Origin: Elusimicrobia bacterium GWA2_69_24
GTDB lineage: Bacteria > Elusimicrobiota > Elusimicrobia > UBA1565
Length of the DNA stretch: 64,000 nucleotides
NCBI GenBank assembly: GCA_001799695.1
Contig: MGTY01000022.1
Location: 4,031 to 68,030 of the forward strand
Reading direction: 5' to 3'
Numbering within the stretch: the stretch's first letter is position 1; each line of letters starts with the position of its first letter. The position numbers and the translations under genes were made by a program. Positions 18,614 to 28,718 of this stretch are shown here, in pieces. The notes under the pieces were generated by a model. That model was not told where the DNA came from, did no database searches, and worked only from the letters and a program-made list of their open reading frames with translations.

Positions 18614-20413
18614 ATGGTTGACCTTCTCAGGAAGCTCCTGGCGCTGCTCTCGGCTCGCGAAAAGCTCGGGTTCCTCGGCGTGCTGGGCGGGATGGTCGTC
18701 GCCGCGGGGCTGGAAGCGGTCGGGCTGGGCATTCTGCTCGCGTTTCTCGTGCTTCTTCGCGGTGAGGGGATCCCATCAGGGTACCCCCAGCTCGCGCGGG
18801 TGCTCGAGGTGGTCGGCGCGCCCTCGGGCCCCGCCGCACTCACCTGGCTGAGCCTGGCGGTGCTCGTCTTCTACGTGACGAAGAACGTCTATCTCGGCTG
18901 GCTCTATCACGTCGAGTTCACTATCGTCTACCGGAAGCAGACGGACCTCTCCAAGCGCGTCCTGCGAGCCTACCTGGACAAGCCGTACACGTTCCACCTC
19001 CAGCGGAACACCGCCGAGCTGCTGAAGAACGTGACCGAGGAGGTCCACGCGACCTGCCACAACGTCCTCGTCCCCTTGCTGCTGCTGACCTCCGAGGCGA
19101 TGGTGATCACCGTGATCGTGGGCGCGCTGATGGCCGTCGACCCGGTCGTCACGCTGTCCGTGCTGGTCCTGACGGCGGCGACCGGCTGGACCGTGGTGTC
19201 GCGCGTGCAGCGGAGGCTGAAGGTCCAGGGGCAGGCCAAGCAGCAGTACTTCGAAGCGATGATCAGGTGGGTGAACCAGAGCTTCGGCAGCCTCAAGGAA
19301 ATCACGATCCTCGGCCGCCAGGGCTGGTTCGTGGAGATCTACGGCAGAAGCGCCGCGGGGTTCGGGCACTCCTTGCGCTTCGTCGCCATGGCCCACCAGC
19401 TCCCCCGGCTCGTCATCGAGGCGATGGCCGTCAGCGTCATCGCGTTGACTGTGCTCCTCGTCCAGTGGCAGGGCGGCGGGATCGAGCGCATCATCCCGGT
19501 CCTGGCGCTCTTCGGTCTCGCGGCGGTGCGCCTGATGCCGTCGGCCGGCCGGGTGGCGAGCATGCTCACGATGCTGCGTTACTTCAAGCCCGCGGTCGAC
19601 GTGGTCCATCGCGACCTGGACCTGGACCGGCCGCGTCCGGGCGCCATGCCGCAGCCGGCCGTGCCGACGCGGTACGGGGCACCAGTCCTCCGGCTCGCGC
19701 ACGAGCTGGCCCTGGACGGCGTCTCGTACCGCTTCCCCGGTGCCGAGGCGTGGGTCCTCAAGGACGTCTCGCTCGTGATCAGGAAGGGGGCCCTGGTCGC
19801 GATCGCGGGGCCCTCGGGGGCCGGCAAGACGACGATCCTCGATCTCATCCTGGGATTGCTGACGCCCGACACCGGGCGAGTGCTCGTGGACGGCCGCGAC
19901 GTCCGCGAGAACCTGCGCGCGTGGCAGGCGAACATCGGGTACGTCCCGCAGGTCGCGTACATCCTCGACGACTCGATCAGGCGCAACGTCGCCCTCGGCG
20001 TGCCGGACGCCGAGATCGACGACGAGAGGGTGTGGTGGGCGCTGTGTGGCGCGCAGCTCGAGTCGTTCGCGCAGGCGCTCCCCGGCCGGCTGGACACGCT
20101 CGTCGGGGAGCGCGGCAGCCGGCTGTCCGGCGGCGAGCGCCAGCGCCTCGGCATCGCGCGGGCGCTGTACCATGACCCCGACGTGCTGGTGATGGACGAG
20201 CCCACGTCCGCCCTGGACTACGCGACGGAGCACGAGGTGATCCGCGTGATCGACGCGATGCGAGGGCAGAAGACCGTGCTCGTCGTGGCGCATCGGCTGT
20301 CGACCGTGCGCTCGTGCGACGAGATCTACATGGTCAGGCAGGGGACGGTGTCCGGGCCTCTCCAGTACGGAGACGTCGTCGCCCTCGCGGGCGCCGCCGG
20401 CGACGTCCCGTGA
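18614..20413 (+). CDS. ABC exporter, fused permease + ATPase (MsbA/PglK-like lipid-linked glycan flippase candidate)
   Basis: Six-TM N-terminal domain, then Walker A GPSGAGKTT, ABC signature LSGGERQRLGIARAL, and Walker B VLVMDEPTSALD. Confidence 0.85.
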   Translation: MVDLLRKLLALLSAREKLGFLGVLGGMVVAAGLEAVGLGILLAFLVLLRGEGIPSGYPQLARVLEVVGAPSGPAALTWLSLAVLVFYVTKNVYLGWLYHVEFTIVYRKQTDLSKRVLRAYLDKPYTFHLQRNTAELLKNVTEEVHATCHNVLVPLLLLTSEAMVITVIVGALMAVDPVVTLSVLVLTAATGWTVVSRVQRRLKVQGQAKQQYFEAMIRWVNQSFGSLKEITILGRQGWFVEIYGRSAAGFGHSLRFVAMAHQLPRLVIEAMAVSVIALTVLLVQWQGGGIERIIPVLALFGLAAVRLMPSAGRVASMLTMLRYFKPAVDVVHRDLDLDRPRPGAMPQPAVPTRYGAPVLRLAHELALDGVSYRFPGAEAWVLKDVSLVIRKGALVAIAGPSGAGKTTILDLILGLLTPDTGRVLVDGRDVRENLRAWQANIGYVPQVAYILDDSIRRNVALGVPDAEIDDERVWWALCGAQLESFAQALPGRLDTLVGERGSRLSGGERQRLGIARALYHDPDVLVMDEPTSALDYATEHEVIRVIDAMRGQKTVLVVAHRLSTVRSCDEIYMVRQGTVSGPLQYGDVVALAGAAGDVP

Positions 20414-21459
20414 CGGCGGCGCGCGACTTCGCGCTCGCGATCAGCGCCGACGAGGAGGTGGACGACGTCCGGTTGCTCGTCGACATCTTCCGGCGCAACT
20501 GGACAGGGAGCTTCCACATCGTCGTGTGCGCCGCGAGCGCGGGCGCCGCGGCCGAGATCGGACGCTGCGACGTCGACAGTGTCGCCATCGGCGAAAGCGT
20601 CCGTCTCGAGGCCGACCCGCGTGAGGCGCTCCAGGAGCACATCGCCGGGGCGCTACGCGCGGTGGACGGGATCCGGAAGGCGTGCGGCCTCGCGGCCGGC
20701 TCGAGCGCGCCCTACACGATGCATCTGGCGGCCGGACGCTACCCGCTGGCGTGGGATCCGGTGCGGGCGCTCGGCGAGGGGATGAGGCGGAGGGGCGCGG
20801 TCCTGGCGGCGCGCGGGCAGGGCTTCGGGCTCTACGCGCACGACACCCCGGTGGGACGGTTCGATCCCGCATTCTTCGTCGTCGACAACGCGTTCGCCCG
20901 GGCGAGGCGCCTGTGGGAGTTTTCGCTGGCCGATTTCCTGCCGCACAAAGTGTCCGCGCCCGGGTTCGTCGCGCTCTGGGCGCTGGGGCGCGTGGGGGTG
21001 CACCGGTTCTGGCGCTATGCAGCGGATGACGGCGGCGAAGGTCCGATCGCGTTCGATCCCGCGCGCGGCTTTCTGCGGGTCGACGCCTCGAGGCTTCCGC
21101 CCGACCTGGCGTCCCGACTGGTGGCATCCTACTTCGCCGAGTACGGTGTCACGCGCGGGCCGGCGATCGAGGCGTTTCACGCCCGCTGGGGAGCGGACGC
21201 GGCCGCGGCGAGGGACGAGGCGCGCGCGGTGGGCCGTGGGGCCGGCCGACGCCCCGGCGCCTGGGCCCGGGGACGGGCGTTCCTCAGGGAGCGGCTGGTC
21301 CGTCGCTGGATCTATCGCTACCGGTATGGCGACATGGTATGGCCCCGCGGGCTGGACGACGTGTATCGAGCGGCGTTCGGAGGCGCCGGGCCCGCGCCCG
21401 CCGAGCTCCGGGACGTCTCGTTCGACATGCCGTCTCCTCGGAGGTCCCGCGCGCCGTGA
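20410..21459 (+). CDS. hypothetical protein, tandem paralog 1 (unknown family, FFVVDNAFAR motif)
   Basis: GTGA overlap with the ABC stop. Shares NW.GS..IVVC, RKACG, G.GFG.YA...PVG.FD..FFVVDNAFAR, FLPHK(V/I)S with the next gene. Confidence 0.55.
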   Translation: MTAARDFALAISADEEVDDVRLLVDIFRRNWTGSFHIVVCAASAGAAAEIGRCDVDSVAIGESVRLEADPREALQEHIAGALRAVDGIRKACGLAAGSSAPYTMHLAAGRYPLAWDPVRALGEGMRRRGAVLAARGQGFGLYAHDTPVGRFDPAFFVVDNAFARARRLWEFSLADFLPHKVSAPGFVALWALGRVGVHRFWRYAADDGGEGPIAFDPARGFLRVDASRLPPDLASRLVASYFAEYGVTRGPAIEAFHARWGADAAAARDEARAVGRGAGRRPGAWARGRAFLRERLVRRWIYRYRYGDMVWPRGLDDVYRAAFGGAGPAPAELRDVSFDMPSPRRSRAP

Positions 21460-22652
21460 AGGATCTCGCGATCGCGATCTCGGTCTACGACAAGTTCCAG
21501 GACGTGAAGCTCCTCAGCGACCTGTTCAGGAAGAACTGGCCCGGAAGCTATGATCTCGTCGTCTGCTCTTCCCATCCGCAGGCGGCGTCCCGTCTCGCGG
21601 ACTGCGACATCGACGAGCTGCTGTCGACGGAGAACCTGCCGATGGACGGCCCGGGATCGAGCGACCCACGGGTGTCGCCACGGGCCCGGCTGTGGGTCCG
21701 GGTCATCGACAGCATCCGGAAGGCGTGTGGGCGGTGCGCCGACCGGGCCGAGGCGCCGTTCACGCTCCATCTCCACGCGGACGCGTGCCCGCTGTCCTGG
21801 CCAAAGCTCAGGCGGCTCGCGGAGCGGATGCAGCGTCACGGCAAGTGGTTCGCGGCGCGCGGCGAGGGCTTCGGCTTCTACGCGGTCAACGAGCCCGTCG
21901 GCGGCTTCGACGACATGTTCTTCGTGGTCGACAACGCCTTCGCGCGGGACACGGGCTTCTGGGACTTCGATCCGTTCGACTTCTTGCCCCACAAGATCTC
22001 GATCCACGGGGTGCTCGCGATCCTGGGGCTGACGAGGGTCGGCATCCGGCGCTTCTATCACTACGGGAGCCACACCCGGGCCGTGTACTGGGACGGCAAG
22101 CCGGTCGTGCTGTATCCGCTGAACTCGGCGCATCCGATGTATTTCGACCCCGAAAACTGCTTCCTCCACATTCACGAGAGCGGTTTCCGCGGCGACCTCG
22201 GCGTCCGCCTCAAGGCGCACTACCTGGCGCGGCACGAGGTGACGCGCGGCCAGCACGTGGAGGAATTCCTCGCGAAGTGGCAGACGCCCGAGCCGGAGCT
22301 CTTCGGTGCCCTGGCGGCGAGCGAGGCGGGGCTCCGTCGCTTCTTCCTGCGCCGAGGGCTCTCGCCCGCGGTCTATGGCCGGAACTTCGACCAGATGGCG
22401 GCGTTGCAGGCGGCGTATCTGGGACTGCCGGCCGCCGGCAAGGGCCGGTGGCTCGGCCGCATGCACGCCCAGCAGGCGAAAGGACTGGTCTCGACGTTGG
22501 TGCGCCGGCGGTTCATGCGCGGCCGGATCTTCCGGGACCGCTACCTGGACACGGTCTGGCCCGATCGCCTGGACGACCTGTACGAGTCCGCCTTCGCCTC
22601 GACGGCGCGCGAAGTGAGGGACTTCTCGCTCGACGGCGCGGAATTTCCTTGA
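21456..22652 (+). CDS. hypothetical protein, tandem paralog 2
   Basis: GTGA overlap with the paralog 1 stop. Homologous to paralog 1 over the N-terminal 230 aa, with a longer C-terminal region. Confidence 0.55.
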   Translation: MKDLAIAISVYDKFQDVKLLSDLFRKNWPGSYDLVVCSSHPQAASRLADCDIDELLSTENLPMDGPGSSDPRVSPRARLWVRVIDSIRKACGRCADRAEAPFTLHLHADACPLSWPKLRRLAERMQRHGKWFAARGEGFGFYAVNEPVGGFDDMFFVVDNAFARDTGFWDFDPFDFLPHKISIHGVLAILGLTRVGIRRFYHYGSHTRAVYWDGKPVVLYPLNSAHPMYFDPENCFLHIHESGFRGDLGVRLKAHYLARHEVTRGQHVEEFLAKWQTPEPELFGALAASEAGLRRFFLRRGLSPAVYGRNFDQMAALQAAYLGLPAAGKGRWLGRMHAQQAKGLVSTLVRRRFMRGRIFRDRYLDTVWPDRLDDLYESAFASTAREVRDFSLDGAEFP

Positions 22653-22653
22653 C

Positions 22654-23295
22654 ATGAGCGCAGCCCGTTCTTTACACGAGAAGACAGGCATGACGGCAGA
22701 CTTCACGGAGCGCGCCAGGGCGTACCTGGCGGACGCCCGCGACACGCTGGACCGCATTCCCGTCCAGGTGGTGGAGAAGATCTTCCACGTCCTGTGCGAT
22801 GCCTACCGCGAGGACCGGCAGGTGATCCTGATGGGCAACGGCGGATCCGCCGCGCTGGCTTCGCACTTCGCCGTGGACCTCGGGAAAGGGACGGCGGCCG
22901 CCGGTCGCCGGCGACTGCGTGCCGTCTCGATCGTGGACAACACGCCGGTGATGACCGCGTACGCCAACGACCTGTCGTACGCCGACGTCTTCTCCGAGCA
23001 GATTCGCGCGCTCGCGAAGCGGGGCGACGTCGTCTTCGGCATCTCGGGCAGCGGCAGCTCGCCGAACATCCTGAAGGGGCTCGCGGCTGCCCGTGAAGTG
23101 GGGGCGACCACCGTGGTCCTGACCGGCTACCAGGGGGGCAAGGCCATCGACATGGCCGACGTGACGTTGGTGGTGCCCTCCGACGACATGCAGCACATCG
23201 AGGACTGCCACCTGGCGCTGACGCACCTGTACATGCAGGCGATGCGCGAGGTCGTTCGCGAGTCGCCGATCACCGAGCCGGGCCGCTGCCAGTAA
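22654..23295 (+). CDS. gmhA: D-sedoheptulose-7-phosphate isomerase (SIS domain, GmhA-like)
   Basis: VILMGNGGSAALASHFAVDL and GISGSGSSPNI SIS motifs, about 200 aa. An alternative start lies at ATG 22690. Confidence 0.8.
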   Translation: MSAARSLHEKTGMTADFTERARAYLADARDTLDRIPVQVVEKIFHVLCDAYREDRQVILMGNGGSAALASHFAVDLGKGTAAAGRRRLRAVSIVDNTPVMTAYANDLSYADVFSEQIRALAKRGDVVFGISGSGSSPNILKGLAAAREVGATTVVLTGYQGGKAIDMADVTLVVPSDDMQHIEDCHLALTHLYMQAMREVVRESPITEPGRCQ

Positions 23296-23371
23296 CGGGG
23301 ATCCTCGCCGCGCCTTTGGCGACGTGCGAACATGGTCGCGTGCGAATGACCGCCGTAACGCTCCGTGCCGT

Positions 23372-24373
23372 ATGAAGACGATCGTCACTGGCGGCGCTGG
23401 GTTCATCGGCAGTCACCTGGTCGACCGCCTCCTCAGCGACGGGCACGACGTGACGGTGCTGGACAACTTCAGCACCGGGCGCCCGCAGAATCTCGCCCAG
23501 CACGGAAACAATCCCCGCTTGCGGGTTGTCGAGGCCGACGTGGGGGACTTCGTCGCGATCCGACCCTGTTTCCACGATGCGGAATGGGTCTTTCATCTGG
23601 CCGCGCTTGCCGACATCGTTCCCTCGATCGAGCACCCGCTCGACTATCACCGCGCCAACGTGGACGGCACCGCGAACGTGCTGGAGGCCGCTCGAGCCGT
23701 CGGCGCCCGGCGTGTCCTCTACACCGCCTCGTCGTCCTGTTACGGGATCGCCGACGTGTACCCGACGCCGGAGACGGCGCCGGTTCGTCCCCAGTACCCG
23801 TACGCGCTCACGAAGTACGTGGGTGAGCAGTATGCGCTCCACTGGGCGCAGGTGTACCGGCTGCCCGTCGCGTCGCTGCGGCTCTTCAACGTGTACGGCC
23901 CACGATCCCGGACGTCGGGCACGTACGGGGCGGTGCTGGGCGTGTTCCTCGCCCAGAAGCTCGCCGGCAAGCCGTTCACCGTCGTCGGCGATGGCACTCA
24001 GGTGCGGGATTTCACCTTTGTGACGGACGTCGCGGATGCGTTCCTCACGGTGGCGACTTCCGACGTCCTGGGAGAGGTGTTCAATGTCGGCTCCGGCCAG
24101 CCGGCGAGCGTCAATCGCCTCGTCGAGCTGCTGGGTGGTGAGGCGGTGCACATCCCGAGGCGCCCCGGCGAGCCCGACCGGACGCACGCCGACATCGGCA
24201 AGATCCAGCGCCAGCTCGGCTGGCGCCCGAAGGTGTCGATCGAGGAGGGCCTAGGCAGGGTCCTCTCCCGCATCCAGGACTGGCGCGAGGCGCCGGTGTG
24301 GACACCGGAGTCGATCGCCGTGGCGACCCACGACTGGTTCCGTTACCTGGGGTCCGCAGTGACGGGGGGATGA
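23372..24373 (+). CDS. NAD-dependent epimerase/dehydratase (UDP-sugar 4-epimerase / UXS-like)
   Basis: MKTIVTGGAGFIGSHL Rossmann motif and YALTKYVGE (YxxxK). Confidence 0.8.
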   Translation: MKTIVTGGAGFIGSHLVDRLLSDGHDVTVLDNFSTGRPQNLAQHGNNPRLRVVEADVGDFVAIRPCFHDAEWVFHLAALADIVPSIEHPLDYHRANVDGTANVLEAARAVGARRVLYTASSSCYGIADVYPTPETAPVRPQYPYALTKYVGEQYALHWAQVYRLPVASLRLFNVYGPRSRTSGTYGAVLGVFLAQKLAGKPFTVVGDGTQVRDFTFVTDVADAFLTVATSDVLGEVFNVGSGQPASVNRLVELLGGEAVHIPRRPGEPDRTHADIGKIQRQLGWRPKVSIEEGLGRVLSRIQDWREAPVWTPESIAVATHDWFRYLGSAVTGG

Positions 24374-24381
24374 CGTGAGTG

Positions 24382-25917
24382 ATGGCGACCAATAGCGTCG
24401 ATCGCAAAGTCTGCGCGTTCGCCGAGTTGCAGGACCGGGTGACGAGCGCGCGAGCCGAGGGCAAGCGAATCGTCCTCTGCCATGGCGTCTTCGACCTGAT
24501 CCATCCGGGCCATGTCCTGCACTTCAAGGCGGCGCGCCAGCACGGCGACCTTCTCGTCGTCACGGTCACGCCGGACCAGTTCGTGAACAAGGGGCCCGGC
24601 CGCCCGGTGTTCAACCAGCGCCTGCGCACGGAGACGATCGCGGCCTTCGAGTTCGTCGACTATGTGGCGCTGAATCTCTGGCCCACCGCCGTCGAGACGA
24701 TCGAGCGGCTGCGGCCGGACGTCTACGTCAAGGGAAGCGAGTACGCCGACCCGGCCCGGGACCTGACGGGCATGATCCTTGCCGAAGAGCGGATGGTCCA
24801 GGCCGTCGGCGGCGCGATCGTGTTCACGACCGAGGAGACCTTCAGCTCAAGCAGTCTCATCAACCGTTACTTCAGCAGTCTGCCGACGCCAACGAACGAA
24901 TACTTACGGGGCTTCCGGCAGCGCCATGGGGCCGAGGAGGTGCTGGGGGCTCTGCGGACGCTCAGCGACCTCGACGTGTTGGTCGTCGGCGAGGCGATCC
25001 TCGACGAGTACTGCTACTGCGTCCCCCTGGGGAAAGCTCCCAAGGACACGATGATCGCCACGAGGTACGTGTCCGAGGACCGGTTCGCCGGCGGGTCGCT
25101 GGCCGTGGCCAATCACCTGGCCGGGGTCTGCCGGTCGGTCACGCTGGTGACGTGCCTCGGCACCGACGATGCCCAGGCGGACTTCGTGCGCTCGAAGCTC
25201 AGTGCGAACGTCACCTTGCTGGCGGCCCGGACGACGGACCGTCCGACGATCGTCAAGCGCCGGTACGTCGAAACGACGTTCCTCGCAAAGCTGTTCGAGG
25301 TCCAGTCGCTCGAGGACCGGCCCATCCAGCCCAAGACCGAGCGCGAGATCGTGGAGGCCCTCGGCGATCGCCTGGCCAAGCACGACTTGGTGGTGGTCAC
25401 CGATTTCGGGCACGGGGTGTTCACCGAAGAGATCCGGAAGCTCCTCTGCTCGTCGACCGCGTTCCTCGCTGTCAACACGCAGACGAACAGCGCGAACCTC
25501 GGATTCAACTCGGTGACGAAGTATCAGCGGGCGGATTACGTCTGCCTGCACGAAGGCGAGCTGAAGCTCGCCCTGCGCGCGCAATACGGTGACGTCCGGG
25601 ACCTCGCGACCCGGATCCGAGCCGAGCTGGCCGCCGGCAGCGTGATGGTTACGCGGGGCCCGAACGGCTCCATGCTGTTCACCGAGGACGGGGCGGTGCA
25701 CGAGACGCCAGCCCTGTCGCTCCGGGTGGTGGATCGCACGGGGGCCGGCGACGCGCTCTTTGCGCTCACCGCCCCGTGCGTGTTCCGTGGTGCCGCGCCC
25801 GAGGTGGTCGGTTTCGTGGCGAACTGCGTCGGCGCCCTCGCCGTCGAGATCATCGGTAACCGGGAGCCGGTCGCGCCCGCGGCGTTGAAGAAGTTCATGG
25901 CCCACCTGCTGATGTGA
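24382..25917 (+). CDS. bifunctional heptose-7-P kinase / heptose-1-P nucleotidyltransferase, with domains in the reverse order to E. coli HldE
   Basis: N-terminal cytidylyltransferase-like domain (CHGVFDLIHPGHVLHF). C-terminal PfkB/ribokinase-family domain (TGAGDALFA). E. coli HldE is kinase-N / transferase-C. Confidence 0.7.
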   Translation: MATNSVDRKVCAFAELQDRVTSARAEGKRIVLCHGVFDLIHPGHVLHFKAARQHGDLLVVTVTPDQFVNKGPGRPVFNQRLRTETIAAFEFVDYVALNLWPTAVETIERLRPDVYVKGSEYADPARDLTGMILAEERMVQAVGGAIVFTTEETFSSSSLINRYFSSLPTPTNEYLRGFRQRHGAEEVLGALRTLSDLDVLVVGEAILDEYCYCVPLGKAPKDTMIATRYVSEDRFAGGSLAVANHLAGVCRSVTLVTCLGTDDAQADFVRSKLSANVTLLAARTTDRPTIVKRRYVETTFLAKLFEVQSLEDRPIQPKTEREIVEALGDRLAKHDLVVVTDFGHGVFTEEIRKLLCSSTAFLAVNTQTNSANLGFNSVTKYQRADYVCLHEGELKLALRAQYGDVRDLATRIRAELAAGSVMVTRGPNGSMLFTEDGAVHETPALSLRVVDRTGAGDALFALTAPCVFRGAAPEVVGFVANCVGALAVEIIGNREPVAPAALKKFMAHLLM

Positions 25918-25957
25918 GCGAGGACGGTCGGTCGGAGCGACCGCGAAGGAGAATAGC

Positions 25958-26959
25958 GTGGTGAGCGACCTGCGGCAGGTGCTGGTGACCGGAGGAGCGG
26001 GCTACGTGGGCTCGGTGCTGGTTCCCCGACTTCTCGAGCGCGGTTTTCGCGTCCGGGTGCTCGATCTGTACCTGTTCGGGGATCACGTCCTCCGGGCGGT
26101 CAAGGATCATCCTGGGCTCGAGGAGATCAAGGGGGACATCCGGGACCAGGCCCTGCGGAGACAAGCGCTGCGAGGCTGTGACGCGGTCATCCACCTGGCC
26201 TGTATCTCGAACGATCCGAGTTTCGCGCTGGACCCGGAGCTGGGCAAGTCCATCAACTACGACGCGTTCATCGACCTCGTGGACGCCGGGCGCGACGCCG
26301 GCGTCCGGCGGTTCATCTACGCCTCATCCTCGAGCGTGTACGGCATCAAGGACGAGCCGAACGTGACCGAGGAGCTGCCGCTGAAGCCACTCACCGACTA
26401 CTCGAAGTACAAGGCGATGTGCGAGGACGTGCTGCTCGCGCGGCGGGCGCCCGGTTTCGAGACCGTCATTTTTCGCCCCGCGACCGTCTGTGGCTACTCG
26501 CCCCGGCTCCGACTCGACCTCACGGTGAACATCCTGACGAACCACGCCGTCCACAACCACGTCATCAAGGTGTTCGGCGGCCAGCAGATGCGTCCCAACA
26601 TCCACATCGACGACATGGCCGACCTCTACGTCGAGGCGCTCGGGTGGCCGGCGGCGAAGGTCGACGGGGCCGTCTACAACGTCGGTTACGAGAACCGTCG
26701 GGTCATCGAGATCGCCGAGATGGTCCGAGGTGTCGTGGGCGGCGACGTGCGCATCGTGACGACGCCGACCGACGACAACCGCTCGTACCACATTTCCTCG
26801 GACCGGATCAAGCGCGCGCTCGGCTTCGAGGCGCGCCGCACGATCACGGACGCGACGCGCGATCTCGTGCGGGCGATGCGCGAGGGCCAGGTCCCCGACG
26901 CGATGTCCGACGAGCGTTACTACAACATCAAGCTGATGCAGCGGGTGAAGCTGCGTTGA
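25958..26959 (+). CDS. NAD-dependent epimerase/dehydratase (possible heptose epimerase)
   Basis: VLVTGGAGYVGS Rossmann motif and YSKYKAMCE (YxxxK). GTG start. Confidence 0.75.
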   Translation: MVSDLRQVLVTGGAGYVGSVLVPRLLERGFRVRVLDLYLFGDHVLRAVKDHPGLEEIKGDIRDQALRRQALRGCDAVIHLACISNDPSFALDPELGKSINYDAFIDLVDAGRDAGVRRFIYASSSSVYGIKDEPNVTEELPLKPLTDYSKYKAMCEDVLLARRAPGFETVIFRPATVCGYSPRLRLDLTVNILTNHAVHNHVIKVFGGQQMRPNIHIDDMADLYVEALGWPAAKVDGAVYNVGYENRRVIEIAEMVRGVVGGDVRIVTTPTDDNRSYHISSDRIKRALGFEARRTITDATRDLVRAMREGQVPDAMSDERYYNIKLMQRVKLR

Positions 26960-27783
26960 GGGACGGCGAGGGTCTCGAAGAGCTCGACCGGATCGCGAGA
27001 GAGATCCGTGGCAGGGTCGTCGAGATGTCGCACCGGGCGAAGACGCCGCACCTCGGGTCGGCCCTCTCCTGCGTGGATATCCTCGTGGCGGTCTACTGGG
27101 CGACGCTCAGAATCGACCCGCGAAACCCGAGGGACCGGGAGCGGGACCGGTTCATCCTGAGCAAGGGCCACGCGGTGAGCGCGCTGTACGCCGCGCTGGC
27201 CTACCGGGGCTTCTTCCCGGTCGCACAACTCGAGACCTTCAACGAGGCGGGGAGCGCTCTGGCGGAGCAACCGAGCCCGGCGTGCGTGGCGGGCCTCGAG
27301 CTGGCGACGGGATCGCTCGGCCACGGGCTCTCGGTGGGGCTGGGCATGGCCTTTGCCGGTCGCCTGGCCGGGCTGCGGCATCGCGTGGTGGTCCTGATGA
27401 GCGATGGCGAGTGCAACGAAGGGTCGGTGTGGGAGGCGGCCCTGCTCGGGGCATCGCTGAAGCTCGGGCAGGTGGCGACGATCGTCGACTACAACAAGTG
27501 GCAGGCCACCGGGCGCAGCAACGAGATCATGGCGCTCGCACCGCTCCGGGAGAAGTGGGAGGCATTCGGATGGAGCGCCTACGAGGTGGATGGTCACGAT
27601 CTCAAGGCGCTCGTCCAGGTCCTCGACAACGTCCCCGACGGCAGCGGCAAGCCGGTGGCCGTCGTGGCGCACACCGTCAAGGGTAAGGGCGTGTCCTTCA
27701 TGGAGGACGACAACAACTGGCACTATCGGAGCCCGACCGCGGAGGAGGTCCGGCAGGCCCGGATCGAGCTCGATCTCGCATGA
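26956..27783 (+). CDS. transketolase, N-terminal (ThDP-binding) subunit of a split transketolase
   Basis: TTGA overlap start. ...HLGSALSCVDILVAVY, GHGLSVGLGMA, and the ThDP motif MSDGECNEGSVWEA. Confidence 0.75.
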   Translation: MRDGEGLEELDRIAREIRGRVVEMSHRAKTPHLGSALSCVDILVAVYWATLRIDPRNPRDRERDRFILSKGHAVSALYAALAYRGFFPVAQLETFNEAGSALAEQPSPACVAGLELATGSLGHGLSVGLGMAFAGRLAGLRHRVVVLMSDGECNEGSVWEAALLGASLKLGQVATIVDYNKWQATGRSNEIMALAPLREKWEAFGWSAYEVDGHDLKALVQVLDNVPDGSGKPVAVVAHTVKGKGVSFMEDDNNWHYRSPTAEEVRQARIELDLA

Positions 27784-28715
27784 GGGACGCGTTTGCGGCC
27801 GAGATCACGGAGCTGGCGACGGAGGACGCGCGCCTCGTCCTGCTTTCGGGCGACATCGGCAACCGGCTCTTCGAGCGCTACAAGCAGCGCCATCCCGACC
27901 GGTTCCTCAACTGCGGCGTCGCCGAGGCCAACATGATCAGCATGGCGGCCGGCATGGCCCTCTCCGGGTTGCGCCCGGTCGCGTACACGATCGCGCCCTT
28001 CGTCACCACGCGCTGCCTGGAGCAGATTCGCGTGGATCTCTGCTACCACAACCTGCCTGTCGTCATCGTTGGCGTGGGCGCTGGCCTCTCCTACGCGTCC
28101 CTGGGGGGTACCCATCACGCGTGTGAGGACATCGCGCTGCTGCGCGTGCTGCCCAACATGAGCATCGTGTGTCCTGGCGACGCGATGGAGGTACGGCTGG
28201 CGATCCGGGCGGCCCTGGGGCAGGAGCGGCCAATCTACATCCGCCTCGGGAAGAAGGGCGAGCCGGCCGTCCACGAGCGCCCGCCGGAGTTCGTGATCGG
28301 CAAGGGGATCGTGCTGCGGCAGGGCAGCGACGTCTGCCTCCTGAGCACGGGCACCGTGCTGCCGCTGGCCCTCGCCGCGGCAACGCGACTCGAGCGCGAC
28401 GGCGTGTCAGCGCAGGTCGTCAGTTTCCACACGGTCAAGCCGCTCGACGAACGCCTGCTGACCGATGTCGCCGGCCGTATTCCGCTCGTCGTCACGATCG
28501 AGGAGCACAGCGTTCTCGGCGGGCTCGGGGGGAGCGTCGCGGAGTGGCTGGCGGATGGGCCGAGCCGCGGCGTGCGCCTCCTCCGCATCGGCACCGCCGA
28601 CGAGTTCATGCACGGCGGAGGTGAGCAGGAGCACGCGCGGGAACACTTCGGGCTCACTGCGGAGAAGGTCGCGGAGCGCACGCTGGCGACGCTGGGCGTG
28701 ATCGGGCGCCGGTAG
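27780..28715 (+). CDS. transketolase, C-terminal (pyrimidine-binding) subunit
   Basis: ATGA overlap. NCGVAEANMISMAAGMA and the C-terminal domain. 311 aa. Confidence 0.8.
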   Translation: MRDAFAAEITELATEDARLVLLSGDIGNRLFERYKQRHPDRFLNCGVAEANMISMAAGMALSGLRPVAYTIAPFVTTRCLEQIRVDLCYHNLPVVIVGVGAGLSYASLGGTHHACEDIALLRVLPNMSIVCPGDAMEVRLAIRAALGQERPIYIRLGKKGEPAVHERPPEFVIGKGIVLRQGSDVCLLSTGTVLPLALAAATRLERDGVSAQVVSFHTVKPLDERLLTDVAGRIPLVVTIEEHSVLGGLGGSVAEWLADGPSRGVRLLRIGTADEFMHGGGEQEHAREHFGLTAEKVAERTLATLGVIGRR

Positions 28716-28718
28716 GGG

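Noticed and set aside
18776-20293. 505-aa minus-strand ORF antisense to the ABC exporter
   Set aside because: Low-complexity R/D/H-rich sequence with no motifs. The sense-strand ABC transporter has canonical Walker/signature motifs.
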